64,000 bases of DNA from Gilliamella sp. CRA003912 (GTDB taxonomy: Bacteria; Pseudomonadota; Gammaproteobacteria; Enterobacterales; Orbaceae), in the NCBI GenBank assembly GCA_031960925.1, contig JAVSBY010000013.1:56646-120645 (forward strand), read 5' to 3'. The notes under the pieces were generated by a model. That model saw nothing but the letters and a program-made list of their open reading frames with translations, was not told the DNA's origin and made no database searches. Both the position numbers and the translations under genes were made by a program. Shown piece after piece: positions 22,651 through 31,444 of the stretch. The number at the start of each line of letters is the position of its first letter. Positions within the stretch are counted from its first letter, which is position 1.

Positions 22651-23790
22651 ATGTTTGAGCCTATGGTTGCAGATGATGAACCCGCAGCAGTCATTAAAGT
22701 TATTGGTGTCGGCGGTGGCGGAGGAAATGCTGTCGAGCACATGATTGCTGAACATATTGAAGGTGTGGAGTTTTTTGCCGCAAATACTGATGCACAGGCG
22801 TTAAAAAGAATTAAGGTAGGTCAAACTATCCAAATCGGTACGAATGTGACTAAAGGATTAGGCGCAGGAGCAAATCCTGAAGTAGGTCGTAATTCAGCTG
22901 AAGAGGATCGTGAACTTATTCGCAGCGCAATCGAAGGCGCAGATATGGTTTTTATTGCCGCTGGAATGGGCGGTGGTACAGGAACGGGTGCTGCACCTGT
23001 TGTTGCTGAAATTGCTAAAGAATTAGGTATTTTGACTGTTGCCGTTGTGACTAAACCGTTTGGTTTTGAAGGTAAAAAGCGTATGGCTTTTGCTGAGCAA
23101 GGTATTGCTGAGCTTGCGAAACATGTTGATTCACTTATCACTATTCCTAATGATAAATTATTAAAAGTTCTTGGTCGTGGTGTTAAATTATTAGATGCAT
23201 TTGCAGCGGCAAATGGAGTCTTAAAAGGCGCTGTGCAGGGGATTGCGGAACTTATTACCAAGCCAGGTCACATTAACGTCGACTTCGCTGACGTTAGGAC
23301 GGTCATGTCCGAAATGGGATACGCAATGATGGGGTCAGGACGAGCAAGTGGTGATAATCGCGCTGAAGAAGCCGCTGAAATGGCGATTTCAAGCCCATTA
23401 CTTGAAGATATCGACTTATCAGGCGCGAGAGGCGTACTGGTAAATGTTACCGCTGGACTTGATTTAGGCTTAGAAGAATTTGAAACAGTAGGTAGTACAG
23501 TAAGAGCGTTTGCATCGGATAATGCAACAGTTGTTGTTGGTACGACCTTTGATCCTGATATGTCAGATGAGATTCGAGTGACTGTTGTTGCAACAGGTAT
23601 TGGTATGGATAAAAGACCTGATGCTAAAATTGTAAAAACCGTTCAGCAACCGCTGTATCATCATCAGTCAACAACAGTAAGTCAACCAGAAGTCAAAGTT
23701 GCGCAGGTTGTTAATGATCAAGGTTCACTTTCTGTTAATCAGAAAGATATTTTAGATATTCCAGCTTTTATCCGTAAACAAGCAAACTAA
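22651..23790 (+). CDS. ftsZ: Cell division protein FtsZ
   Basis: GGGTGTG tubulin signature, NVDFAD and C-terminal DIPAFIRKQ. Confidence 0.99.
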   Translation: MFEPMVADDEPAAVIKVIGVGGGGGNAVEHMIAEHIEGVEFFAANTDAQALKRIKVGQTIQIGTNVTKGLGAGANPEVGRNSAEEDRELIRSAIEGADMVFIAAGMGGGTGTGAAPVVAEIAKELGILTVAVVTKPFGFEGKKRMAFAEQGIAELAKHVDSLITIPNDKLLKVLGRGVKLLDAFAAANGVLKGAVQGIAELITKPGHINVDFADVRTVMSEMGYAMMGSGRASGDNRAEEAAEMAISSPLLEDIDLSGARGVLVNVTAGLDLGLEEFETVGSTVRAFASDNATVVVGTTFDPDMSDEIRVTVVATGIGMDKRPDAKIVKTVQQPLYHHQSTTVSQPEVKVAQVVNDQGSLSVNQKDILDIPAFIRKQAN

Positions 23791-23853
23791 AGGAACTTAT
23801 TGTTTTCTCTGTTGTCTAAATAGAATAACAACAAAAGTAAAAGTAGGTACAAA

Positions 23854-24768
23854 GTGAAACAAAGAACATTAAAAAAAGAAATACAAACGACTGGTGTTGG
23901 TTTACATACTGGCAAAAAAGTGACTTTGATATTGCGACCTGCGCCTGAAAATACTGGAATTATTTACCGTCGTACCGATTTAAATCCACCGATAGATTTT
24001 CCTGTGGATGCAAAATCTGTACGCGATACCATGCTTTGTACATGTTTAGTCAACGAAGATAATATTAGAATATCGACAGTTGAACATATCAATTCAGCGT
24101 TAGCTGGGCTTGGTATTGATAATTTAATTATTGAAGTTAATGCACCTGAAATTCCGATTATGGATGGAAGTGCAAGCCCGTTTGTTTACTTGCTGTTAGA
24201 TGCTGGTATTGTTGAACAAAAAGCATTGAAGCGTTTTTTACGCGTTAAAGAAACCGTTCGTGTGGAAAATGGGGATAAATGGGCTGAGATCAGACCTTAC
24301 AACAGTTTTCGTTTAGACTTTACTATTGACTTTCATCATCCAGCAATTGATGGTAGCTCGCAGCGTTACCAATTGGATTTCTCATCAGAGTCATTTATGC
24401 GTCAAATCAGCCGGGCTAGAACGTTTGGCTTTATGCGAGATATTGAAGCGTTACAGTCTAAAGGTTTATGCTTAGGTGGTAGTTTGGATTGTGCAATTGT
24501 TGTTGATGATTATAAAGTTCTAAATGAAGATGGTTTACGTTTTGAAGATGAATTCGTTCGCCACAAAATGTTAGATACCATTGGTGACCTTTATATGTGC
24601 GGTCACAATATGATTGCTGAAGTTGTTTGTTATAAATCAGGCCATGCGTTAAATAATCAATTGTTACAGGCTCTGCTTGCTAAACAGTCTGCTTGGGAAT
24701 ATGTGACATTTGCCGAAGAAGAATCTGTTCCTGTTACTTTAGGCACGCCTGCATTAGCTTTTGCTTAA
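23854..24768 (+). CDS. lpxC: UDP-3-O-acyl-GlcNAc deacetylase
   Basis: KQRTL, TVEH, RARTFGF, HKMLD and KSGH motifs; GTG start. Confidence 0.98.
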   Translation: MKQRTLKKEIQTTGVGLHTGKKVTLILRPAPENTGIIYRRTDLNPPIDFPVDAKSVRDTMLCTCLVNEDNIRISTVEHINSALAGLGIDNLIIEVNAPEIPIMDGSASPFVYLLLDAGIVEQKALKRFLRVKETVRVENGDKWAEIRPYNSFRLDFTIDFHHPAIDGSSQRYQLDFSSESFMRQISRARTFGFMRDIEALQSKGLCLGGSLDCAIVVDDYKVLNEDGLRFEDEFVRHKMLDTIGDLYMCGHNMIAEVVCYKSGHALNNQLLQALLAKQSAWEYVTFAEEESVPVTLGTPALAFA

Positions 24769-24786
24769 TCCCTCATATTTTATCTT

Positions 24787-24828
24787 AAAAAACGCTTTCA
24801 TTATTTGATGGAAGCGTTTTTGTTTTTT
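24787..24828 (+). terminator. Intrinsic terminator after lpxC
   Basis: AAAAACGCTT (24788-24797) pairs with AAGCGTTTTT (24812-24821); T-rich tail. Confidence 0.75.
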
Positions 24829-24844
24829 ATTAAGAGAAAACGTT

Positions 24845-25438
24845 ATGAAACAAAGTCATTTTTTTGCTCATTTATCTCGCTTAAAACTTATTAATCGCTG
24901 GCCTTTAATGCGTAATGTACGAACAGAGAATGTTTCAGAACACAGTTTACAAGTTGCGTTTGTCGCCCATGCTCTTGCGATTATCAAAAATAAGCGATTT
25001 AATGGCTCAGTTAATCCAGAACGTATTGCTTTGCTTGCAATGTACCATGATGTATCAGAAATTTTAACTGGTGACATGCCAACGCCGACAAAATATTACA
25101 ATCCTCAAATTGCTATTGAATACAAAAAAATTGAAAGAATATCTCAAAACAAATTAATTGATATGTTACCTAAAGAGTTACAAGATGAGTTTAGAGCATT
25201 AATTGACGATGACTATTACAACGAAGATGAAAAAAGTATTGTCAAGCAAGCCGACGCTTTATGTGCATATTTAAAAACCATTGAAGAATTAAGTGCGGGT
25301 AATAATGAATTTAAACTTGCAGAGCAGCGCCTGAAAAAGACATTATCAGAACGTGAAAGTCCAGAGATGGATTACTTTTTAGATGTTTTTGTGCCTAGTT
25401 TTAGTTTATCGCTAGATGAAATTACACTTGATAAGTAG
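24845..25438 (+). CDS. yfbR: 5'-deoxynucleotidase (HD domain)
   Basis: [38 protein letters not shown] and [11 protein letters not shown] motifs. Confidence 0.95.
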   Translation: MKQSHFFAHLSRLKLINRWPLMRNVRTENVSEHSLQVAFVAHALAIIKNKRFNGSVNPERIALLAMYHDVSEILTGDMPTPTKYYNPQIAIEYKKIERISQNKLIDMLPKELQDEFRALIDDDYYNEDEKSIVKQADALCAYLKTIEELSAGNNEFKLAEQRLKKTLSERESPEMDYFLDVFVPSFSLSLDEITLDK

Positions 25439-25607
25439 CACCATCAATAATGGTTTATTATTTGTCTCATTAGTAAATGAATAGCCTATAATTGGATTTT
25501 GTTATCAATATAGACTGGAGCTTTATTTGAAATTGATAAATTTCAGTTGATGTGAAAAATCAAAAGTTACGCAAGTAGTCAATATTTTGTATTTTTATAT
25601 TCTGCTT

Positions 25608-25645
25608 GATAAGCTTAATCTTATCTCAATAAGATTAAGCTTATC
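25608..25645. repeat. Perfect 17-bp inverted repeat between convergent yfbR and the waaY-like gene
   Basis: GATAAGCTTAATCTTAT-CTCA-ATAAGATTAAGCTTATC. Confidence 0.85.
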
Positions 25646-25692
25646 GCAAAGTTCAATTTAGACAAGATGTACTATCTCAATTGCTCAAATTT

Positions 25693-26397
25693 TTAATCTT
25701 GTTTACCTCGTAATGTTCGAGATAAGCGTTTAACACTATGGGAAAATCCTTTAATAGCCATAGCCAAGAAGGGCACATCAATTTTGATATTGAACCTTTC
25801 TCGCAGTTCAATTGCATCATTTGCCTTAGTTAACCAGATGAAACCTGAATTGGTCAAATCGATGACTTTAATCTTACCTTCAGGCGTTAGAATAAAATTT
25901 CCGCCATGGATATCATTCGAAACGAGATTATAACGGTGCAGTGTTTCAATTGTTGTTTTTATCTGGTCTTGATAGGTGAGCATATCTTGCGTTGTCAACG
26001 AACGGCCTTCAATAAAGTTAAAAATCATATAGTGACATTTCGTTTTTTTATCGAAAGCAACAAGATAAAGTTCATAGGTGATATCACATTTATCTAAAGA
26101 GATTTTGGCTAATTTATGGATCAAGTTAAAATAGAAATCGCCAGTTAGTTTTGCAATTATCTTTCTTTCTAACCGATGTTCAACGCCACCATCAATCTTA
26201 AAGATGAATTTTGTATCATTAAAATTTGTTAGATAAGTGAATCGTTCCGGTTTATCACTCGGATCTAGTAAATGATGCTGCTGTTGCTCAGAAAGGAATT
26301 GATCAAAAAGTGCAAGATAATCGATGTCATCATTTTGCACATAAGCAAATTTCATCTCATCACGTTCAGTTTCTATAATCGTTGCAAAATTATTCAA
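25693..26397 (-). CDS. waaY: LPS core heptose(II) kinase, WaaY/RfaY-like
   Basis: Kinase-like motifs (FIFKID, LHRYNLVSNDIHGGNFI, VIDL) with size and layout collinear to enterobacterial WaaY; TTG start. Confidence 0.75.
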   Translation of the reverse strand: MNNFATIIETERDEMKFAYVQNDDIDYLALFDQFLSEQQQHHLLDPSDKPERFTYLTNFNDTKFIFKIDGGVEHRLERKIIAKLTGDFYFNLIHKLAKISLDKCDITYELYLVAFDKKTKCHYMIFNFIEGRSLTTQDMLTYQDQIKTTIETLHRYNLVSNDIHGGNFILTPEGKIKVIDLTNSGFIWLTKANDAIELRERFNIKIDVPFLAMAIKGFSHSVKRLSRTLRGKQD

Positions 26398-26498
26398 ATT
26401 AATCGCCCCAAGGTCGCCAAAAACGCGTTATGTTACCATTGTTTTTTTGAAATATATATCATATTAGATATGATAAGTAATCGAAAAAATTAAATTAG

Positions 26499-26522
26499 AA
26501 AAGGCGAATATACATCGCCTTT
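26499..26522 (-). terminator. Terminator after hslU
   Basis: AAAGGCGA/TCGCCTTT inverted repeat with a T-run on the minus strand. Confidence 0.65.
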
Positions 26523-26537
26523 GATATTGATATCGTT

Positions 26538-27869
26538 TTAAAGGATGAATTTACTCAGATCTTCATCTGCAACCAGTTTATCAAGGTGTTGACTGACATA
26601 GTTCGCATCAATCACAATAGTTTGACCACCAAGATCGCTTGCATCAAAAGAAATTTCTTCCATCAATCGTTCAAGCACAGTATGCAAACGGCGAGCACCA
26701 ATGTTTTCATTTTGCTCATTGACTTGCCACGCTGATTCAGCAATCTTTCTTATGCCGTCTTGAGTGAAGTCAATATTAACGCCTTCAGTTGCCATCAAAG
26801 CTTTGTATTGCGCTGTTAGGGACGCATTAGGTTCTGTTAATATGCGTTCAAAGTCTTCACTGCTAAGCGCTTGTAACTCAACCCGAATAGGTAACCGACC
26901 TTGCAGTTCAGGAATAAGATCTGAAGGATTTGCGGTTTGGAATGCGCCTGATGCAATAAATAAAATGTGATCAGTTTTCACCGCACCATGCTTGGTTGAT
27001 ACTGTGCAGCCTTCAACTAATGGTAATAAATCACGTTGTACGCCTTCACGAGACACGTCAGGTCCTGATGAATTGCTGCCACGTTTACATACTTTGTCTA
27101 TTTCATCAATGAAGACAATCCCATTTTGCTCGACAGCTTCAATCGCTTCATGCTTCAGATCGTCAAGATTAACTAATTTAGCGGCTTCTTCCTCAATGAT
27201 TTGTTTCATTGCCTCTTTGATTTTCATCTTTTTCGGTTTGGATTTTTGCCCGCCCATATTTTGAAACATTGATTGCAACTGGCTGGTCATCTCTTCCATA
27301 CCTGGAGGTGCCATGATTTCAACTCCGATATTGACGCCAGCAACTTCAATTTCAATCTCTTTTTCATCAAGTGAACCTTCACGTAATTTTTTACGAAAAG
27401 CTTGACGAGCTGTAGATTCATTATCGCTTTCGACAGCGCCCCAGCCATCTTTTGCCGGTGGCACTAAAACATCGAGGATTCTCTCTTCAGCTAATTCTTG
27501 AGCGCGATGTTTATTTTTTTCGATTGCTTCTTGGCGAATCATTTTGACAGCTGAATCGGTTAAATCTCGAATAATTGAATCGACTTCTTTACCAACGTAA
27601 CCCACTTCAGTGAATTTTGTTGCTTCAACTTTAATAAACGGAGCGCGAGCAAGCTTTGCTAATCGGCGTGCAATTTCAGTTTTCCCAACACCGGTCGGGC
27701 CAATCATTAATATATTCTTAGGCGTCACCTCGTGACGTAATGCTTCATCGAGTTGCATACGGCGCCAACGATTGCGTAGCGCAATGGCAACAGAACGTTT
27801 TGCTTTATCTTGACCGATAATATGTTGGTTTAATTCACTAACAATTTCGCGAGGAGTCATTTCAGACAT
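26538..27869 (-). CDS. hslU: ATP-dependent protease ATPase subunit HslU
   Basis: [29 protein letters not shown] and ENIGARRL motifs; C-terminal FIL. Confidence 0.99.
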   Translation of the reverse strand: MSEMTPREIVSELNQHIIGQDKAKRSVAIALRNRWRRMQLDEALRHEVTPKNILMIGPTGVGKTEIARRLAKLARAPFIKVEATKFTEVGYVGKEVDSIIRDLTDSAVKMIRQEAIEKNKHRAQELAEERILDVLVPPAKDGWGAVESDNESTARQAFRKKLREGSLDEKEIEIEVAGVNIGVEIMAPPGMEEMTSQLQSMFQNMGGQKSKPKKMKIKEAMKQIIEEEAAKLVNLDDLKHEAIEAVEQNGIVFIDEIDKVCKRGSNSSGPDVSREGVQRDLLPLVEGCTVSTKHGAVKTDHILFIASGAFQTANPSDLIPELQGRLPIRVELQALSSEDFERILTEPNASLTAQYKALMATEGVNIDFTQDGIRKIAESAWQVNEQNENIGARRLHTVLERLMEEISFDASDLGGQTIVIDANYVSQHLDKLVADEDLSKFIL

Positions 27870-27894
27870 AATAATATTCTCTTAATCGGGTTAA

Positions 27895-28422
27895 TTAGTA
27901 ATTGAGTTCTTCAATTGTTTGAAAATCATTGGTGTAAACGCAGATATCACCTGCGATAGATAATGATTTTTTCACAATGTCATGCGCAGATAATTGTGTA
28001 TTATCAAGCAGTGCACGTGCAGCTGCTTGCGCATAAGGTCCGCCAGACCCAATAGCGATGAGATCGTCCTCTGGCTGAATAACATCACCTGTACCTGTGA
28101 TAATCAATGATGCCGTTTCATCAGCAACGGCAAGTAAAGCCTCAAGCTTGCGTAACATTCTATCTGTACGCCAATCTTTGGCAAGTTCGACAGCTGACTT
28201 AGTTAAATGTCCTTGATGCATTTCAAGTTTACGTTCAAACAGTTCAAAGAGTGTGAAAGCATCAGCTGTACCACCCGCGAATCCTGCAATGACTTTATTG
28301 TTATAAAGACGGCGAACTTTACGTGCATTACCTTTCATAATAATGCGCTCACCTAATGTAACTTGACCATCTCCACCGATAACCACTTGCCCTTCTCGAC
28401 GGACACTAACAATTGTAGTCAT
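27895..28422 (-). CDS. hslV: ATP-dependent protease peptidase subunit HslV
   Basis: N-terminal catalytic Thr (MTTIVSVRR), GFAGGTADA and IGSGG motifs. Confidence 0.99.
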   Translation of the reverse strand: MTTIVSVRREGQVVIGGDGQVTLGERIIMKGNARKVRRLYNNKVIAGFAGGTADAFTLFELFERKLEMHQGHLTKSAVELAKDWRTDRMLRKLEALLAVADETASLIITGTGDVIQPEDDLIAIGSGGPYAQAAARALLDNTQLSAHDIVKKSLSIAGDICVYTNDFQTIEELNY

Positions 28423-28460
28423 GTTTTGCTCCTAAATATTAATTGCGTTCATTAGGGGAT

Positions 28461-28487
28461 ATATTGGGATGATTAATTGATTTTCAA
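28461..28487 (-). promoter_or_regulatory. Putative sigma32 heat-shock promoter of hslVU
   Basis: Minus strand reads TTGAAA-13 nt-CCCAATAT, close to the TTGAAA-N13/14-CCCCATNT consensus; hslVU is a known sigma32 regulon member. Confidence 0.6.
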
Positions 28488-28571
28488 CATCTCTGTTAAA
28501 AGATGTTGAATATTTGATTAAGTCTGAAGCATTTAATGAGTTTAATCTTTTCTATGGACTTAGAAATAAGG

Positions 28572-29507
28572 TTATTTAGGTTGAAAATCGAGAGTCATTT
28601 CTCGGACTTCTTGATAAATCGTATTAGATGGTCTAGGTATCACGGCAAGTTTTGTTGCAGATACTGCTTCGCGGCACAAAATATCGTCACCGCTGACAGA
28701 AATCACATTCAACAATAGCCCATCTGGCGCTATTTGAATTTTCAAAACACAGTTACGGCCACTATAAAGTTTATTCGGATTAATAAATTTGTTACTGATT
28801 GCATTTAAAACCAATGATTTATATTTATCCAATTCACCATCAGAAACCCCTTTACGGGTTTGAGCGGTACTCGGTGTCCCCGGCGAGCCTGAAGACGTTA
28901 ATCCACCTAAAAGGTCATTGATGGCTTTATCATTTTTTGCCTTTTCTGCTGCCGCTTTTTGTTTGGCTGCTTTATCTGCAGCTGCTTTTTCCGCAGCAGC
29001 TTTATCTGCGGCCGCTTTCTCCGCCGCGGCTCTCTCTGCTGCTTGTTGTTTTTGTTTTTCAGCTTCTTGCTCAGCTTTTTGTTTGGCAAGTAGCGCTTGT
29101 TTTTGTTGTTCCTCAAGCTCCTGCTTAGCTTGACGAGTTTGTTCTTCAGCTTGTTTTTGTTGCTCAACCGCTTTTAAACGCTCTTTTTCAACTTCTTTGA
29201 GACGTTTTTGCTCTTCGACTTGTTTTTCTTGTAATTCTTTGGCTTGTTGTGCAATCTGTTGCTGCCGTTGTTTCTCTACTTGCTGCTGACTGGCTTGGTG
29301 CTGTTGTTCACGTTGATACTGTTGAGTGATAACCGCAGGATCGACCATAATTGCGTCAATAGATTGACCATTAATGCTTCCAGAATTGTCACTATCATTC
29401 AATAAGGCGTTATAACCTAAAATGATAACCAATACCACATGAAGCACAATGGATATAATAACGGGTAGACTTAATTTTGAGTTTGGCTTATAAATCATTG
29501 CGCACAT
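28572..29507 (-). CDS. tolA: Cell envelope integrity protein TolA
   Basis: TM segment with SxxLH motif (SIVLHVVL), IDAIMVDP, Lys/Ala/Glu helical domain and C-terminal domain with a Cys pair. Confidence 0.93.
   Translation of the reverse strand: MCAMIYKPNSKLSLPVIISIVLHVVLVIILGYNALLNDSDNSGSINGQSIDAIMVDPAVITQQYQREQQHQASQQQVEKQRQQQIAQQAKELQEKQVEEQKRLKEVEKERLKAVEQQKQAEEQTRQAKQELEEQQKQALLAKQKAEQEAEKQKQQAAERAAAEKAAADKAAAEKAAADKAAKQKAAAEKAKNDKAINDLLGGLTSSGSPGTPSTAQTRKGVSDGELDKYKSLVLNAISNKFINPNKLYSGRNCVLKIQIAPDGLLLNVISVSGDDILCREAVSATKLAVIPRPSNTIYQEVREMTLDFQPK
28943..29043 (-). repeat. Degenerate 15-bp tandem repeats encoding AAAEK/AAADK pentapeptides in TolA domain II
   Basis: Protein reads AAERAAAEKAAADKAAAEKAAADKAAKQKAAAEK. 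Confidence 0.8.
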
Positions 29508-29532
29508 TTTCGATTATTGTTGTTTGATCTAT

Positions 29533-29952
29533 TTAAATTGGTTGTGTCATCAATCCAACCGATTTCACGCCGGCAGACTGTAATAGATTCAATGCCTTTA
29601 TGATTTCTTCATAAGGTACATCTTTTGCACCCCCAACTAGGAAAACGGATTTTTCATTTGATGACAGCTGTTGTTTTACTTCACTCACGATCTGTTCTTT
29701 AGGTAAATTCGATTTCCTGTCTTGATCGATAATTAAAGAATATACCCCAATTCCCGATACTTCAATGATTATTGGTTTACTTTCTGACGATGAAACCGCT
29801 TTCGATTGTGATGCCTCGGGTAAATCAACTTCAACACTTTGACTGATAATGGGTGCTGTTGCCATAAAAATTAGTACCAATACTAATAAAACATCCAATA
29901 ATGGTACGATATTAATTTCAGACTTTGCTGAATAGCGAGATCGACGGCTCAT
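29533..29952 (-). CDS. tolR: Tol-Pal system protein TolR
   Basis: SEINIVPLLDVLLVL and VGLMT motifs. Confidence 0.97.
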   Translation of the reverse strand: MSRRSRYSAKSEINIVPLLDVLLVLVLIFMATAPIISQSVEVDLPEASQSKAVSSSESKPIIIEVSGIGVYSLIIDQDRKSNLPKEQIVSEVKQQLSSNEKSVFLVGGAKDVPYEEIIKALNLLQSAGVKSVGLMTQPI

Positions 29953-29954
29953 GA

Positions 29955-30635
29955 TTACTTCCTAACCGCAACGGCTTGTCGTTGTAAAATAGCTGAGAAC
30001 TCATCGATAAAATTAAGATAATTTTGTTCAATTCGAGTTACTTTCAACGTTAAACGATTAAACGCTAAAACTGCAGGTATCGCTGCAAATAAACCGATTG
30101 CCGTTGCGATAAGTGCTTCTGCAATACCAGGAGCGACCATCTGCAAGGTTGCTTGTTTAACTGCGCCAAGTGAAATGAAGGCGTGCATGATTCCCCATAC
30201 AGTACCAAATAAACCAATGTATGGACTGATAGAACCAACAGTACCTAAGAAAGGAATATGTAATTCTAAATTATCCAATTCACGATTCATGGCTAAACGC
30301 ATCGAACGAGAAGCCCCATCAAGTGCAGCTTTAGGCATGTTGGGATTAATTTGATAAAGGCGCGTAAATTCTTTGAATCCAGAATAGAAGATATGCTCTG
30401 TACCGGTAATTTCTTCTTTATTGAATTTTGCTTTATCGAAAAGCACATTTAGTTCATCAGCAGCCCAAAACCGGTCATCAAAACTTTCAATTTCTTTTTT
30501 AGCTTGACTCAAAATCTTACTTCTTTGAAAAATAATGGCCCAAGACATAACAGAAAAACACAGTAACAGCAGCATAACACATTTAACTAATAAGCCTGCT
30601 TGCAAAAATAGGTCAATGATATTGAGATTTTCCAC
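29955..30635 (-). CDS. tolQ: Tol-Pal system protein TolQ
   Basis: [14 protein letters not shown] and [14 protein letters not shown] motifs; GTG start immediately after the ybgC stop. Confidence 0.97.
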   Translation of the reverse strand: MENLNIIDLFLQAGLLVKCVMLLLLCFSVMSWAIIFQRSKILSQAKKEIESFDDRFWAADELNVLFDKAKFNKEEITGTEHIFYSGFKEFTRLYQINPNMPKAALDGASRSMRLAMNRELDNLELHIPFLGTVGSISPYIGLFGTVWGIMHAFISLGAVKQATLQMVAPGIAEALIATAIGLFAAIPAVLAFNRLTLKVTRIEQNYLNFIDEFSAILQRQAVAVRK

Positions 30636-31031
30636 TTATTTAAACTCCGAAACTAATAACTTTGGAAGCCCGCAAGGCTTCATTTTATTGATGTTAACAC
30701 AAGCAATGAGAACATCTGCACTGCTTATTAATTGCTGATTTTGATTAAAAATACGTTGCTGAAAAATTATAGATGCTTTGCGAATTTGTTCAACCTTACA
30801 ATGAATACTTAACATGTCATCTAAAACAGCTGGAAAATGGTAGCTAATATCCATCTTTTTGACGACAAAAGCAATACCCTCTTGTAATAACTTTTGTTGA
30901 CTTATTTGTAGTTGCCTTAACATTTCAGTTCGTGCTCTTTCATAAAATCCAAGATAACGAGCATGATAAACGACACCGCCAGCGTCTGTATCTTCATAAT
31001 AGACTCTCGCATTCCAATCAAATTCTTTCAT
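30636..31031 (-). CDS. ybgC: Tol-Pal-associated acyl-CoA thioesterase
   Basis: RVYYEDTDAGGVVYHARY hotdog-fold motif. Confidence 0.96.
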   Translation of the reverse strand: MKEFDWNARVYYEDTDAGGVVYHARYLGFYERARTEMLRQLQISQQKLLQEGIAFVVKKMDISYHFPAVLDDMLSIHCKVEQIRKASIIFQQRIFNQNQQLISSADVLIACVNINKMKPCGLPKLLVSEFK

Positions 31032-31111
31032 ACAATATCCTAAAAATATAAACCGTTAGGTGCATTATATCTGAATATATGATTTACAGCATCATGATAT
31101 AGAAGTTATTA

Positions 31112-31131
31112 GATGAAAACAATTATCATTT
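31112..31131. promoter_or_regulatory. Candidate Fur box upstream of ybgC-tolQRA
   Basis: TGAAAAC-A-ATTATCA (31114-31128) has 2 mismatches to the 7-1-7 TGATAATnATTATCA consensus. AT-rich background lowers confidence. Confidence 0.45.
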
Positions 31132-31145
31132 GATTATTTTAAAAC

Positions 31146-31179
31146 AATAAAAAGGTGATAGTTATATCACCTTTTTATT
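31146..31179 (-). terminator. Terminator after cydX (symmetrical, possibly bidirectional)
   Basis: AATAAAAAGGTGATA-GTTA-TATCACCTTTTTATT, a perfect 15-bp inverted repeat. Confidence 0.8.
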
Positions 31180-31204
31180 TACACGAATGGATGTCGTTAT
31201 TCTT

Positions 31205-31303
31205 TTATTCTTTTTCGCTATTTTTTCTTTCGAACCACAGACCGGTGATAACTGAAAGCATGCAAATGGCAATGACGCCGATAAACCATAATACGTAATA
31301 CAT
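31205..31303 (-). CDS. cydX: Cytochrome bd-I oxidase small subunit CydX (32 aa; absent from the ORF track)
   Basis: Hand translation gives MYYVLWFIGVIAICMLSVITGLWFERKNSEKE*, with the CydX pattern (Y3, W6, G9, distal E). GAGGA RBS; lies downstream of cydB. Confidence 0.9.
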   Translation of the reverse strand: MYYVLWFIGVIAICMLSVITGLWFERKNSEKE

Positions 31304-31444
31304 AATCTTTCCTCATATTTTCATTATTGATAAATCATCTTTTGACATTCACAGACATCTACACAGATGATTTTCTTACCTTCACTTACTCTATTTATCT
31401 CAATATCACACTGTAAAGTTAATATTGAGATAATGTTTAGGTAA

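Noticed and set aside
25621..31405. Shared 11-mer TTATCTCAATA in the palindromes at 25621 and 31395 as a possible repeat family
   Set aside because: The match is short and AT-rich, and it occupies different positions in the two hairpins; chance is a sufficient explanation.
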